Assembly (NCBI GenBank): GCA_951406725.2
Contig: OX597821.1
Span: 43,028,001-43,092,000, forward strand
DNA from: Octopus vulgaris
Lineage: Eukaryota
Direction of reading: 5' to 3'
DNA: 64,000 bases
The position numbers were made by a program, and so were the translations under genes. Every line of letters begins with the position of its first letter. Within the stretch, counting starts at the first letter, position 1. The notes under the pieces were generated by a model that saw only the letters and a program-made list of their open reading frames with translations, did not search any database and was not told the DNA's origin. Positions 1-14,400 of the stretch are shown here, piece after piece.

Positions 1-907
1 TGGGGTTTAGGATCTTTAGTCAGCTGGGTTTCTGCCTGGGAGAGTTCTTGTCGGTCACTGGTGTTCCGTCACCATATAGGTTCTGCACGGACTCATTAGC
101 CAAACACTTTACTCTCAAACAAGTTACCAAATCTATTAATCACTATGAAGTGTGTGCATGTGTGCGCGCGCGTGTGTGAACGTTGTATTCAGTGGTAACG
201 CAACATAATTAAGGACCATTTTGTTTATTAGCGGTCATTTTGAGTTCATTTGCTGTCACATATACTTTTGATGGGGAAAGAGATGACTGTGCACAAAGCA
301 TTAGATTAACCATAATTCACTTCTCCATTATAAACACTCTCGCCACAACAATTGCCAAAACAAAATATTTGGGGTAGGATAACAGTTCGTCGCGGTATTA
401 GGCAGTTTTGTGACCTTTGCAGCTATTTCAAGACTGGAGAGAGCGACATGGCTTATAGTCAGCTTGACATTGACATCAGCAAGAAATATTTTGGTAACGA
501 AGGAATTCTAGAGAGCTTGATATCTGAAAAATGAAAGATTGGTCCAAGTAGTTAGTACAGGTCTGGCAGGTGAAACACATTAAAGTACTAAGTTGACTGC
601 AGGTTATATATCGGAGTACCTTCTCCTAGGCTTTTCCTCAAAAAGGATAATGCAAGCCAGCAGTGGTAAGTCAATTTGAATTCAGAGCTTTATTCTCCTA
701 TACTGGTTATCCTAATCACGGGTTCGTTTCAAAGCAGGAGCCCGGTCTTTCCCCATCAACAGTCATGGCTTTGACAGTGCAACCAGTTAAGGGACTGTCA
801 TTACCATGACCTGGTTTTATGCCAGAGTGTCCCTCTCCTAGAAGAGCTGCCTCCACCACGGCTAATGAGCCTCATCTGCTCCCACTCCACACAATATATA
901 TACATAC

Positions 908-960
<53 letters not shown>

Positions 961-966
961 TATATA

Positions 967-1350
967 GGCGCAGGAGTGGCTGTGTGGTAAGTAGCTTGCT
1001 TACCAACCACATGGTTCCGGGTTCATTCCCACTGCGTGGCACCTTGATCAAGTGTCTTCTACTATAGCCTCGGGTCGACCAAAACCTTGTGAGTGGATTT
1101 GGTAAGCAGAAACTGAAAGAAGCCCGTCGTATATATGTATATATATACATGTATGTGTGTGCATATGTTTGTCCCCCAACATCGCTTGACAACCAATGGT
1201 GGTGTGCTTACGTCCCTGTAACTTAGAGGTTTGGCAAAAGAGACCGATACAATAAGTACTAGGCTTCCAAAGAATAAGTCCTGGGGTCGATTTGCTCGAC
1301 TAAAGGTGGTACTCCAGCATGGCCGCAGTCAAATGACTGAAACAAGTAAA

Positions 1351-1353
<3 letters not shown>
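967..1353 (+). mobile_element. tRNA-derived SINE family A (CORE-like ggcaccttg..caagt, internal microsatellite)
   Basis: Pol III A/B-box-like head ggcgcaggagtggctgtgtggtaag...ggttcattccc; many near-identical copies in the window. Confidence 0.85.
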
Positions 1354-1382
<29 letters not shown>

Positions 1383-1385
<3 letters not shown>

Positions 1386-4300
1386 TGATATCCAATGAAG
1401 TACAGATATCCCCGACAAAACACCATCATTGTACAATCATCACTTTTCAAAAGTCCTATGGCGATAGAGGCGTGGCGACGTATGCAGACTTGACCGGTTG
1501 GAAGCAGACAGTTACAAATCTGCACATAATGCGGCAGGGTTCTTATCTTAACATCGCTTATATGTTATCATGGACAGGAACTGTTTTCAGTGGAGAATCC
1601 TGTGTCTGAGCAGCCCTTTCAAGGAGAACACTGCTCACCTGGATATACTGGGAATGTGCTAAAAAAGGTGCCCTAAAAATTGTCTGTCCTCTCTCTGCTG
1701 GTTAGTTTACCGTGGCTAACGGTGGTTCAATTTAGCAGGAATGAACAAAGAATTGATACAAACAATGATAACAAGTATGCAAGGAATAAGGTTTCTCTTA
1801 ACCTGGCCTGTTGGAACGTGAGAACTCTTTTAGATCGAGCAGATAGGCCTGAAAGAAGAACAGCTCCAGTAACTAAGGAGCTAAGGCATCTTAATGTTGA
1901 TATTGCAGCTCTTTCTGAAACAAGATGTTCAGATGAAGATCATCTTGTCGAAAGAGCGGCAGGTTTCACATTATTCTGGATTGGAAAGCTGAAGGGAGAG
2001 AAAAGGGAAGGTGGTGTTGGGTTTGCAATTCGAAGTGATTTGCTAAAAGACCTTGAACAACCACAAAGCATAAATACACGTATAATGAAACTCCGGGTCC
2101 CTCTTTCTTGTGGACGTTTTGCAACTGTTTTCTATATTTATACTCCTACACTTTCAGCAAGTGAGCAAAATATCTATATGTTTTGTGGGAGCTTAGAAGA
2201 TGTATTCTCAGTCCCTTTGAATGAGAAGTTGGTTGTGCTTGGTGACTTTAATGCACTTGTTGGTAGAGACTATGGTGCTTGGAATGTACTTGGGCGTTAC
2301 GGAATAGGAAAGGTGAACAACAGTGGGTTGCATCTGCTACAAATGTGCTCTAAGCAAGGGTTGATTGTTGGGAATACTTTCTTTCATCATAAGATGAATC
2401 ATAAAGTTACCTAGATTCACCCAAGATCAAAGCGAAGTCACATGATTGACACATGGTTGACTTTGTATTAACTCGGAAAGCTGACTTACAAGATTTGTGC
2501 AGTCTCAGAATATTGCGAAGTGCTGATTGTGATACTGATCACAAAATGGTTAGGGCCAAGTTCAAGTTCAAGGTCCGTAAGAAGATTCGTAATACAGGTG
2601 TACGAGTACCAAAGAAAATTGATGTAGAGCAGCTAAAACAACCACAAGTTTTGCAGTTGTTTCAGAAGAAATGCAGCAATTTTCATTTTTAAGGTTCATG
2701 GCAATCTTTCCTTGATGGAATATATAAAATGGGATCAGATGTGTTAGGTTTTAAGAGTAGACAACGCCGAAATTTGTTTGATTCTAATGATACAGTGATA
2801 AATGAGCTTTTAGCAACAAAGAGGTCCACTCATGAAAAGCTTCTTGACCCAAACGGTAAGAACAAAGTGCAACTAGAAAAGTTGTACAAGTCTTAGAAAG
2901 CAAACTTGCAAAAGGAACTCAGGAGACTTAAAGACACTTGGTGGAGAAATTTTTCCAAGGAAGTACAGGCAGCCTATGACAGGTTATTAAAGATCCTGGA
3001 ATAATAAATAGATGGAAAGAACATTTTGCAGAATACGTTTGTAGTGGACATAGATATCATAAACACCATTCCGCAAAGAGAGATAGTGCAGCACATGGGT
3101 GATACACCATCCATTGAAGAGGTAAATCTGACATTATGTAAACTGAGATCAGGTAAAGCTCCTAGATTGGATGATATTCCAGTTGAAATTCTGAAAGCAG
3201 GTGGGGATCATATTTCATATGAAATTCATAACTTGATAACTCGATTTGGGAATGAATCTTCTGTGCCACAAGAATGGATAAATGGCATTCTAATCTCTGT
3301 ATACAAGGGTAAGGGCCCGAAGTCAGTGTAGCAATTCTAGAGGGATAACTCTTCTGGCACATACCGGAAAGATACTTTCAAAAATCATGTTAGATCGCCT
3401 TGTTGAGAATGTGTCCACATGTGATTCCTGAAGAACAGTGTGGTTTCAGACCCGAGTGAGGAATAATGGACAGAACGTGATATTTTCTATGAGGCAAGTT
3501 CAAGAGAAATGCTTAGAGGAACAAATGCCACTATACCAGATCTTCATAGATTTAACTAAGGCATTTGACACAGTGAACAGGGAAGCACTGTGGATTGTTT
3601 TGTGTAAACTTGATTGTCCAACACATTTTGTGAGCTCAGGTAGTCTTTAATGGTGAGCTATCTCATGACTTTTCGGTGGACAACGGTGTCAAACAGGGAG
3701 ATATTCTTGCCCCTACACTTTTCTCTATTTATTTTGATGCATTGCTTTGGCATGATTTCAAGGATTGCAACAGGGGAATCGGAATCAGATTTCGGACATC
3801 TGGTTGTATTTTTAAAATACTTTCAAAATACTTGTTAGAGAATTACTTTATGCTGATGATGCTGATTTATTGGCACACTCAGAGGAGAATACGCAACATT
3901 TAATGGACAGATTTTCCACTGCATGTGTACATTTCGGACTCACAATTAGTTTGGAGAAAAACAAAGTAATGTTTACTTCCGTACTAGGGCAAACATATTC
4001 TGAACCAAACATTTTTGTGAATGGAACAAGGTTAGAAGTCGTTGACACCTTTGTTTACCTAGGAAGCACACTGTCAAGAGATGGTAGTCTTGATGCAGAG
4101 ATATACTATCGAATAGGGAAGGGAATTGTTGCATTTGAAAAGCTAGAAAAGCGAGTATGGGCGGATAGAGGTATTTCCTTGAAGACAAAAATCAATGTCT
4201 GTAAAGCGTGTATATTGTCTGCACTTTTATATTCAAGTGCGACTTGGACCACTTACAAGCGTCATATAAAAATGCTGGAGAGATTTCATCAAAAGTGCTT

Positions 4301-4810
4301 TAGACGTATCTTAGGAGTCAAGAGGGAATGTTTCATACCAGATACAGAGGTTTTGCGCATGACACGTTGCAGCTCAGTTGAACAACATGTTATCTTGGCT
4401 CAAATGAGATGGACTGGACATGTTATTAGAATGAGAGACGAGCGTTTGCCAAAGCATCATTTTTATGGTGAAGCTCAACTCTGGTAAGTGACCACAACAT
4501 AATCCGAGGAAAAGGTATAAAGACTGGTTGAAGGAAGACCTGAAAAAACTAGATATGAACAAAAGTGATTGGACGTAAAAGATATAAGATAGTTTCACAA
4601 AAACATACTTTCAGTATCAGATTCCAAAAGGCAAAGATCCAGAAGAAACTTGAATAATGTTTGTCACTTGTGTTTTAAACCCTGTCAGTCAGCAGCTGGT
4701 CTTAAAAATCATCTCAGCGGTCATGAACGGAGTGATTGTACTGTGATGGGGTGTGGTGTGTGTGTGTTGATGAAACGGCTATCATCGCTCAAGATGAAGC
4801 AATCATCATA
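1383..4810 (+). mobile_element. Near full-length decayed RTE/BovB-type LINE (APE endonuclease, RT, C2H2 finger)
   Basis: ACWNVRTL, ALSETR, GDFNA, DTDH; RT motifs FIDLTKAFDTV, GVKQGDILAPTLF, LYADD; CHLCFKPC...HLSGH; stops and frameshifts; flanked by (TA)n. Confidence 0.92.
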
Positions 4811-4898
4811 TATATATATATATAAACGCACACATTTACATAGACACACACATCTACATAGGTGTATATATGCATACATGCATTCATATATATATATG

Positions 4899-4970
<72 letters not shown>

Positions 4971-5246
4971 TACATGCATACATACATTCATATATCCATC
5001 CATACATACATAACACGCGCTCGCGCATATATATAATTGAAAACGAATAGGGAAGTGGAGATTTATTTACGTCCATAACATTTTATTTAAAAAGTTTTCT
5101 GCAGCATATATAACAATGGCCAACATAAGTTTCAATTACAACAACTACACATTGCTCCGTATGCAATTATGCATCCTAGTAACTGCAATTTCATCAAGGG
5201 TCCATCACTTACGACGTTTTCAATAAGCTTTATATGTGTGTCCGTG

Positions 5247-5314
<68 letters not shown>

Positions 5315-5577
5315 TACACACACAATATATACCACTAATAATGTCTTCTGGCAAAATTCATCTATGAATAAATGAATAACGCTTTCCCGCAACAGCCCAA
5401 ACATCTATGTGAATGAGGTACATGCATATGTACATACACACATACACATTAGCGTATTTATATTTGTGTTATGTAAAGTTTCTATATGTGTGTCTGTGTT
5501 TCTGTTTTAAAAGTCAGGGAGAGAAAGAGGGTGGTGGAGCGAGAGGGAGCAAGAGAGGCAGGCAAGTAGACAGACAT

Positions 5578-5645
<68 letters not shown>

Positions 5646-5809
5646 GAGCAGAAACAGAGGCATGCTGACATACACATGTGTTCTGCATTGCATTCTCATA
5701 AATAACTAGAAATACATAATTACATACATAAGAAAAGGTATACATGCATGCTTGGATGCATAACCTATACACATATATGCAAACGCACGCATGTATATAT
5801 TTATGCATG

Positions 5810-6260
5810 CATACATACACACATACATACATACATACATACATACATAAATACATACAAACATACATACATACACACATACATACATACATACATACAT
5901 ACATACATACATACATAATACATACATACATACACACACACATACATACATACATACACACATACATACATGCATACATACATACATACACACATACATA
6001 CATACATACATACATACACACACACACATACATACATACATACATACATACATACAAACATACAAACATACATACATACACATATACATACATACATACA
6101 TACAAACATACATACATACATACACACACACACATACATACATGCATACATACATACATAAAAACATGCATACATACATACATACATACATACAAACATA
6201 CACACATACATACATACATACATACATACATACATACATACATACATACATACATACGTA
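5810..6260. repeat. Long compound (ACAT)n microsatellite
   Basis: Direct inspection; source of the spurious HTYI/MYVC ORFs. Confidence 0.95.
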
Positions 6261-6314
6261 TATACATTCATATGTACGTAATATTTACATGCACACACAT
6301 GCACAGATATACGC

Positions 6315-6352
<38 letters not shown>

Positions 6353-6949
6353 GCACATACACGCTATTAACGTTATCAGTGTATATAATAATATAAAAAT
6401 ATTTAGACCGGCAGCCATGTTGAACATGCATATTCGCGTGGCTGATGTGGGCGCCAATCATACGTTGGTTAGACATTGATTCCGTTGCTCTTGTAAGGTA
6501 CTTTCGATCACTGTAAATGAACTCAATTATATTCCGTAGGAATCTTATACAAAATGTTCCTCTCTTAGAGCATGCTGCTGTTCTGCTCCTCACGAACCAC
6601 GTGACCATAAATACAAATGCCTATCATACGTAGCCATGGATGTGCGTGTACTCAATCATTTGCAATAGGACACGCCATTGTAATACGCCGCTTTGTTTTC
6701 TGCTCTTATTATTCTCTATTCAGAATTATTGAAAAGGGAAGATAAAAAAGAATATTGTAATTAGGTAATATAGTTGTTGTTGTTAATGTTGTGGACAACA
6801 TGATCATTGGCTTCAATTGATATATATATATATGCATATATATAAAATATACATGTACATACATATATGCATATACATGCGCACATATTCACTTATATGT
6901 ATCTATGCACGTACATATATATATATATATATATATATATTACAACTAT

Positions 6950-7212
6950 GGCACTCCGTCGGTTACGATGACGAGAATTCCAGTTGATCCAATCAACAGC
7001 CTGCTTGTGAAATTAACGTGCAAGTGGCTGAGCACTCCACAGACACGTGTACTCTTAACGTAGTTCTCGGAGAGTTTTAGCCTAATACAGAGTGGCCCTT
7101 TGAAACAAGAAGAATGAGTGAGAGAAAGTTGTGGTGAAGGGGTACAGCAAGGTTCGCCACCACCCCTGCCGGAACAACGTGGAGCTTTAGGTGTTTTCGC
7201 TCAATAAACACT
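6950..7212 (-). mobile_element. SINE fragment (family C central domain with a different 3' tail)
   Basis: Reverse complement shares aagctccac...caccacaactttctctcac with the SINE at 35283. Confidence 0.7.
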
Positions 7213-7224
7213 TTCTTAAATTTT

Positions 7225-7860
7225 GCTGCTCGTGGACATCGTGTTAGCCGTGGGATCCTCTGGGATTACTGCAACTTTGCTGCCTAGTGGCAGTACAGCA
7301 CCCTCAACTTTTAAGCCTCTTCTGGATTTGGCAACATCTGATACACCTACCTGCAACATCAGTAAGAAATTAGACAAGGCAGAAATGCTAAGAAGGCGCT
7401 AGCTCATTGTATGGAATGAATGCACCATGGCACACAAAGGAGCTCTTGAAGCACTTCATAAAACCTTACAGCAGAGACTGTCAGGATCCAATAGGAGGTG
7501 TTATACTTCTGTTGTCTGTGGATTTCAGGTAGACTCTTCCAGTTATTCCCAAAGGAACCCGGGCAGATGAAGTCCGAGCTTGTCTTAAATCCTCTCCATT
7601 GTGGCACCAGGTCACAATATTGACTCTTAACACCAACATGAGAACTGATCTGTACGGCGACCGACTGTCAGCAAAATTTGCTAAGGACATTTAGACACTT
7701 GAACATGGTAAGATGCTTTTCGATAATACTGTTGATGATCTTAAAGCCCCGGTATTTCCCAATCTGAAGGAAAATCCTCACAATCTCGCTTGCCTGTGTG
7801 AAAGAGCAATACTGGCTCCAAAAAACAGCACTGTAAGTAAAATTAACGAGCAGCTGATGT
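7225..7860 (+). mobile_element. Helitron Rep/Hel PIF1-like helicase pseudogene fragment
   Basis: SSGITATLLPSGSTAPSTFK, LIVWNECTMAHKGALEAL, GGVILLLSVDFR*TLPVIPKGTRADEVRACLKSSPLW, LNTNMR, ERAILAPKN. Confidence 0.85.
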
Positions 7861-8061
7861 ACTTGCGCGTACAAATGCACGTTACCACGGTTTTATCGAT
7901 CGCATTCTCACCTGGAATCGATTTTTGTAATTTTTTCAAGACTTATACACGCCCTGATACGGTCAAATTTGTATGTATATATCAAATTTGAGCGCAATCG
8001 GATGGAGGATGCCCGAGATCCTAGAAGATACACACACAGACAGAACGGATTTTATATAATG

Positions 8062-8180
<119 letters not shown>

Positions 8181-8714
8181 TGTGTGTGTGTCTTTTCACC
8201 CTTTGTCAGGACTTATTTTTTCATCCCGCTGGGTGTCAAACAATTACCCACCGTGGTAGCAGTTGAACTCAGAACATAAAGAGTTGAAAGAATTGATGCT
8301 CAGCTCACCAAATAATATTGACTCGAGGCCAGCACTTTTAGGGTAATGAGGATAGTCGACTGCATCGACCCAAGAACTTGAGTGTTACTTTATTTCATCG
8401 ACCTCGAAAGGATGAATGGCTAATTGGACTTGGCATGATTTAAACTCGGAACGTAAAGGGCTGGGGTAAATACCACTGGGCATCTTGTCCGACGCGCTAA
8501 CTATTCTGCCAGCTTGCCATATTAAATAATAATAATAATGATGATAATGAGGATGATGATGATGATTGTTTTATCAAACATATCATCATTTTTTTCCGGA
8601 AATGGCTTATAGTTTTTCAAGCGAATGCATGTAAACATAAACAAAGGACATAAACCTATTTACATGTATATGTTGATGTTTATGAGTAATTTATGTTTGT
8701 GGCAATGTGTGTTT

Positions 8715-8935
8715 CTTTTGTCATGTGTGGCCATGCTGGGGCACCGCCTTGACGAATTCTTTTAGTCGAACGGATCGACTCCAGTACTTTTTAAAGCCTG
8801 GTACTTATTCTATCATTCATTTTTGCCGAACCGCTAAGTTACGAAGACGTAACATGCCAACACCGGTTGTCAAGCGGTGATGGGGAGACAAACACAAACC
8901 CAAAAGCACACAGACACACACATACGCACACACAG

Positions 8936-8989
<54 letters not shown>

Positions 8990-9135
8990 GTATATTCGAC
9001 GGGCTTCTTTCAGTTTCCGTCTATCAAATTTGGTCAGCCCGAAGCTATAGTAGAAGTATGCCCAAGGTGGGCCTGAACCCGGAACCACCTGGTTGGGAAG
9101 CAAGCTTCTTATCATACAGCCACGTCTACTCCTGT
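8715..9135 (-). mobile_element. SINE family A, diverged
   Basis: Reverse complement similarity to 967-1353. Confidence 0.75.
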
Positions 9136-9292
9136 ACATACATATATTAAACTTTTACAAAGGCAAAGGTTGAGAGTGACTTCGAAGTTTACAAATAGTA
9201 TGAAGAATTTCTTCAGTTTAATGTTAAATTGTTTTCAAATAACTTGATTTTAAAGCAAGCATTAAAATGTGTGTGTGTGTGTGTGTGTGTCT

Positions 9293-9374
<82 letters not shown>

Positions 9375-10456
9375 GCGTGTGTGTGTGCATGCGTGCGCGT
9401 GTACGCATTTGTGTGTATTCAGGAGAAATTGCAATTTGATGTGTGTCTGTAAACTGATCGTTAAGAAGGATGAAAGCAATTTATACGTCTAAAATATTCT
9501 GTAATCTCCCAACTACGCCAATGTAGAAAATTAAACATTTTTTAAAGCAAACTTTTAAATAAAATACATCAAATAAAGATAAACAACAGCAACAATAACA
9601 ACAACAATTTCTTTGTTCACACAAGTGAAGAAATCTTTGAAAAGTAGCTAAAAGAAATCAATTTCCTGTGTAAGCCTTAAACTCATTGCTGTTTATACTA
9701 ATTATTTTGTTTGCAACAATACACTCACTGCACATGGTCATTTTGCTAATTTCTCCTGCAGTTATCATTATCGTCGTCATCGTCGTCACCGTCATTATCA
9801 TCATCATCATCATCATTGTCGTCGTCTTCGTCATCATCACCACCATAGTCAACATACTTTCATTCATATCAGAACCGGTTGGATTGTTAGAAAATGTATG
9901 AAAGATGTCAAGAATGTGATACTGCACCCTGTGCTATCAAATATATATGATCCTTGACCATCAAAAACTTCGTATAATGGACTTACGGTTTACTTCTAAA
10001 TGGTTGTATACTTGTTTCCGTATTGGTCTTTACGTACGTGTAAACGTTTAAGAAGAAGCAAAATGCAGAGAGTAAAGCCAAATAAATATGAAGAATGGAA
10101 CTTCGTACGAAGGACTGGATTGGTCATATATCTTCCTTCAAACAGTTACCCCCTCTTTTTCTCTCTCTTTCTCTCATTTTCTCCTATTCATATCTCACAC
10201 TTGACAAATATTCTGAAGTAAACCAAATATAGAAAAATTAATATATTTTCCCCACTCGCATCCCTTCAAAAGTATGAAAAATATATTTATAATTCTTTTT
10301 GGAACGGTGAATCTTGAAGCAGATAAAGTTACAAATAATAAGCATGTAAATGTTGAGCTAAAAAATCTGTGGGTAGAAAATGTCGAAATCTATCCGTGGG
10401 ACTCGAACCCACGTCCCCTGTAAACAAGACAGACGTTTTTTTCTTGAGTGTAATAT

Positions 10457-10920
10457 TCTTTTCTACTCTAGGCGCAAGGGCCCGAAATTTTGGGGGAGGG
10501 GTCCAGTCGATTAGATTGATCTCAGGGGCTAAACACAGAGGGGACAGACAAGGACAGACACACGGATTAAGTCGATTATATCGACCTCTGTGCGTAACTG
10601 GTAATTATTTAATCGACCCCCGAAAGGGTGAAAAGCAATGTCAACCTCGGTGGAATTTGAACTCAGAAAGTAACGACAGACGAAATACCTATTTCTTTAC
10701 TACCCACAAGGGGCTAAGCACAGAGAGGACAAACAAGGACAGACACACGGATTAAGTCGATTAGATCGACCGCAGTGCGTAACTGGTACTTATTTAATCG
10801 ACCTCGAAAGGATGAAAGGCAAAGTCGACCTCGGCGGAATTTGAAATCAGAACGTAGCGGCAGACGAAATACTGCTAAGCATTTCGCCCGGCGTGCTGAC
10901 GTTTCTGCCAGCTCGCCGCT
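10457..10920 (-). mobile_element. SINE family B, head-to-tail multimer
   Basis: Core ttcaaattccgccgaggtcgactttgcctttcatcctttcg; two units plus an alternative tail fragment. Confidence 0.8.
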
Positions 10921-11169
10921 TTCCTTGTGTGTAATATTGTTTTCCCTTGAGGAAGTTTAACAGCCATTGTGTGAGGTGTGTGTGTGTGTAGTAGTAGGGG
11001 CGGGGGGCAGTAGTGTTAATGTAATCAACACCAGTTTTTTTTGTTTTGTTTTTTTGTTTTAGGCTAGTGTCAAAGATCGCTGAGCTTAATTGTACAGTGC
11101 TTTGCCGGAATTTGAAAGATACAAGGCTTGTTTCTCTATAGCGGCTTATTGAACACACTTTTTATAAAT

Positions 11170-11960
11170 GAACTGGCAGTAATTTCAACGCACCAGGCAA
11201 AATGCTTAGCGGCATTTCGTCCATCTTTTCTGTTCTGAGTTCAAATTCCGCTGAGGTCGACTTAGCCTTTCATCCTTTCGGTGTCGATAAAATAAGTACC
11301 ACTTGAGCAGTCGATGTAATCGACTTACCCCGAAATCGTTGGTCATGTGCCAAAAGTTTGAAATTATTATTCGGCCAGTAAGGCGGTAAGCTGACAGAAT
11401 CGTTATTGCGCTGAATCAGATGCTTTAGATGCTTCGTGCCTCTCTCTTTATGTCCTGAGTTAATGTCGCCGAAGTATACTTTGCTTTTTCTCCTTCCAGG
11501 GTTGATAAATTGAAGTTCCAGTTCAAGTATTGGGTTTGTAATAATCAACTTGCCTCTTGCCATATAAAGAATTATTAGTTTGGACCAGACAAAGCCCACC
11601 AAAATGAACTTTGTCTTCCATTCTTTTGAGGATCGATAAAACAATTACCAATAAAGTACTCGGTTCGATTATATTGACGAACCTTATCCCCTGAAAACTG
11701 CCAGTTTTGTATCTAAATTAGAAAACCATAATTAGTTTGATAAGGATGGTGGATTGGCAGACTCGTTAGCGCATTGGTAAAAATGCCTCGCGATATTTGT
11801 TGCAACAATTTACGTTCTGAGTTCACATCTTGCAGAGCTCAGCAATACCTTTCATTTCTCCAGACTGGGTAAAATAAAGTTTGTCAATTACTTGGGTCAA
11901 TGCAATCGACTAGCCCTTTCTCTTTGAAACTGTTGGTTTTGTACCCAAATTTGAGTTTGT
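11170..11960 (+). mobile_element. Cluster of degenerate SINE family B copies
   Basis: Repeated ttctgagttca...ctttcat...gataaa...agtac units of increasing divergence. Confidence 0.7.
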
Positions 11961-12029
11961 CCTGAATTTCACCTGGATGAAAAATTCCTCGTGCCCATCG
12001 CCTTGACAGAATTTCTGAAACTGGTGTCA

Positions 12030-13100
12030 ATGATACTGCTAACGTTCCACTTGAACAGTTACAGGGAGGGAATTCTAGAGTGTAGACGTTCTGGGGAGGG
12101 TTGATTGAGTGTAGTGGTTAGTGTGGGATTTAGGACAGATACAGTATGGGTGACGAAGGCAGACGAGTGAATCGTAAGTGCTTGAGTGACAAGAGACCAA
12201 CCAGATCACAGAAGAGATGACCAGTTTAGCAAAAGTAGAAAAGACAGAAAATACAAAGAGAGGAGACAGCACATCTGTGAGTCAGATATTGTTGTGTGTT
12301 TATGAGCAACTTCATGTCAATTAATGATTAGGCCTTTATTTGGTTGAGGTCTAGGGTAGTTTATTGTGCATCAGCGTCCCGGAAATGAGAAGAGAACATT
12401 ACTATGATCTCACCTGAACTTCTTACAATGTTAATATTTGTGAGGAGCTGAAATATTTTCTGGTCCTGAAGAGAAAGGACAATCTCTGAGGTGCAGTCTT
12501 TATTGTATAAAGAAAGTATAGCTGCCAAGAGAGATCCTCTCCGGTGATAAGTCTTAACATCTGTTGTAACTTTGAGGTCTCTAGATCTTTTGGGAGCTCT
12601 ATATCTTTTTGAGAGCTCTATATCTGTTGAGGACTCCAGATCGCTCAAAGACTCTTGATCAGTTGAGAGTTCTAGATTTGTTCATATCTAGTAAGGTGAG
12701 GTTTGGTAATGATTTCTTGGTATGCGTAGTGATTATGGTCTTTAGTGCGGTTGAAAGAGACAAATTTTGCATGACTCTATCGGTGGATATTTTCGAGGTC
12801 TCAAAGCGTCAGGGTAGATTTAGCGGGAGGTATCTTGGTTGCAAGGGATGACACTTGAGGGAGGAAGGTAAGGGAGGAGTGAAGAGATCGTGAGTGGCTG
12901 GACTGAAGGTAAGTAGGTTATTGACGTGTATGACGGAGGATTGTGTAGGGGACAAAAGTGAACAGTGGGACACACCAAAGATAATAGAAAATGGATCAGC
13001 ATACACCGCTATGGTATGATCTGATAGGAATCCACCAACTCAAGAGGTGAGAGATGGATGATGCCCGCAAGCAGGCAGTTTTGCTTAGAGATTTGCACGT
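12030..13100 (-). mobile_element. Highly decayed LINE remnant (CR1/Jockey-like 3' end)
   Basis: Minus strand HYTQSTLPRTSTL*NSLP resembles the F.PRT..LWNSLP terminal motif; the rest is degraded. Confidence 0.45.
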
Positions 13101-13330
13101 CAGATTAGACGGGATGCTTTGCTAATCCAAAGAAAAGATAGAAATAAAAAAAAGACAGCAAATACGTTTGGAAACAATAACGGTCTCTCTATGATGGAAA
13201 CCTCCATGTATTTTTGGGACCTATATTTACCAGTTTGTACAGGCCTAATGTTAATTGAGACTATACAAAGGAAAAGTAAGGGACACTTTCGGCCATCTAA
13301 CTGTATGTGTCATCAACACATAATGTAGAG

Positions 13331-13771
13331 CAGGGGTCAACAAACTTCTTTTATCATTAACCACCTCCATTGAATTGTTGACAACTTATCGAACCCTATC
13401 ATACAAATTTCTGATGCAAAATTAAAAAATGTAATTAATTTAAAAAAATTGATTTATAAACAATAACTCCTTCGTTATTTTGTGCCGTTGCCGTTTTTTA
13501 ATTAGAAATATCAAAGGAGATTTAATGAAAATACTTAGCGAAATTGGTAAATAACAATAGAATTTCAGTCATATTATATTGATATTATCGGAATATTTAT
13601 TGAGAAATATGTAGTTGGTGAATACTAATAATTGCATCGATGTTTGGTTGGAAACTACTATTCTCTTCCATATTTAGTTCGCTAATAATTTAGCACCCTT
13701 AATACTTAAAATCGTTTCAGGTTTTTATCGACCCTTTGTATAGCCACACAGACTCACTTCGCCGACTCCTG
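13331..13771. mobile_element. hAT (Charlie/Buster-like) MITE
   Basis: Imperfect TIRs CAGGGGTCAACAAA / TTCGCCGACTCCTG; TSD not recognisable. Confidence 0.45.
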
Positions 13772-13789
13772 CACTATTCACTTTGCAAC

Positions 13790-14400
13790 AAATCGCCACT
13801 CACTCCATCCACGGAAATAATCTTCAATTGTGTCATACAAAAATTATCTCCCACAACAGCCCCAGAAGCAATCACTACACTGATCTAGAAAATAATATCG
13901 TATAAACCATTTAAACACGAGCAACACATAACTGGAACCCTCAAGGCTGCGACAAATGCTAAGAATTACAATCACTGAGGATCCCTCTCTGCAATCCCAC
14001 TCGACTGATTGTCATGAAGTCACTCACGGACACAGTCCAACATTCAGTCCCGCAGTGCTCTGTCCTCTCTCTGTCTTTTTATACCTCTACAGCACTGCTC
14101 TAGTGCAACCCATCAAGCACTTCTGACTCACTTGTCTCTTCTCGTCAAACGTAGTCTTCCCACCATATACCTATACCTCACAATGACCACTACATCTTAC
14201 TCTTCCTCACCAAAACATCATCCCTTTGAAATTCCCTCCTTATCCATATTTTCCCTCACAACCATCAACATTCAACTGTTCAAGAGCAACATTAACCATA
14301 TCAATCTCACCAGAATAAGCCATGAACACAACCTCTTCTTCCACATTAAATCGATAAAGTAATTAAACCAAGTACAATGCCAGTCTCGAGATGGCATAAA
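13790..14400 (+). mobile_element. Decayed LINE RT fragment
   Basis: gtcccgcagtgctctgtcctc = VPQCSVLS, resembling GVPQGSVL.P. Confidence 0.35.

Noticed and set aside
1383-1680. HDV-like ribozyme in the RTE 5' UTR
   Set aside because: Known for some RTEs, but I could not trace the nested double pseudoknot by eye
1680-4487. Active LINE or transposase genes (also 19617, 21043, 40656)
   Set aside because: All carry multiple stops, frameshifts or deletions
4721-6457. Long ORFs of YI/HT/CV/MYVC repeats here and throughout the window
   Set aside because: Translations of (TA)n, (CA)n and (ACAT)n microsatellites; no coding evidence
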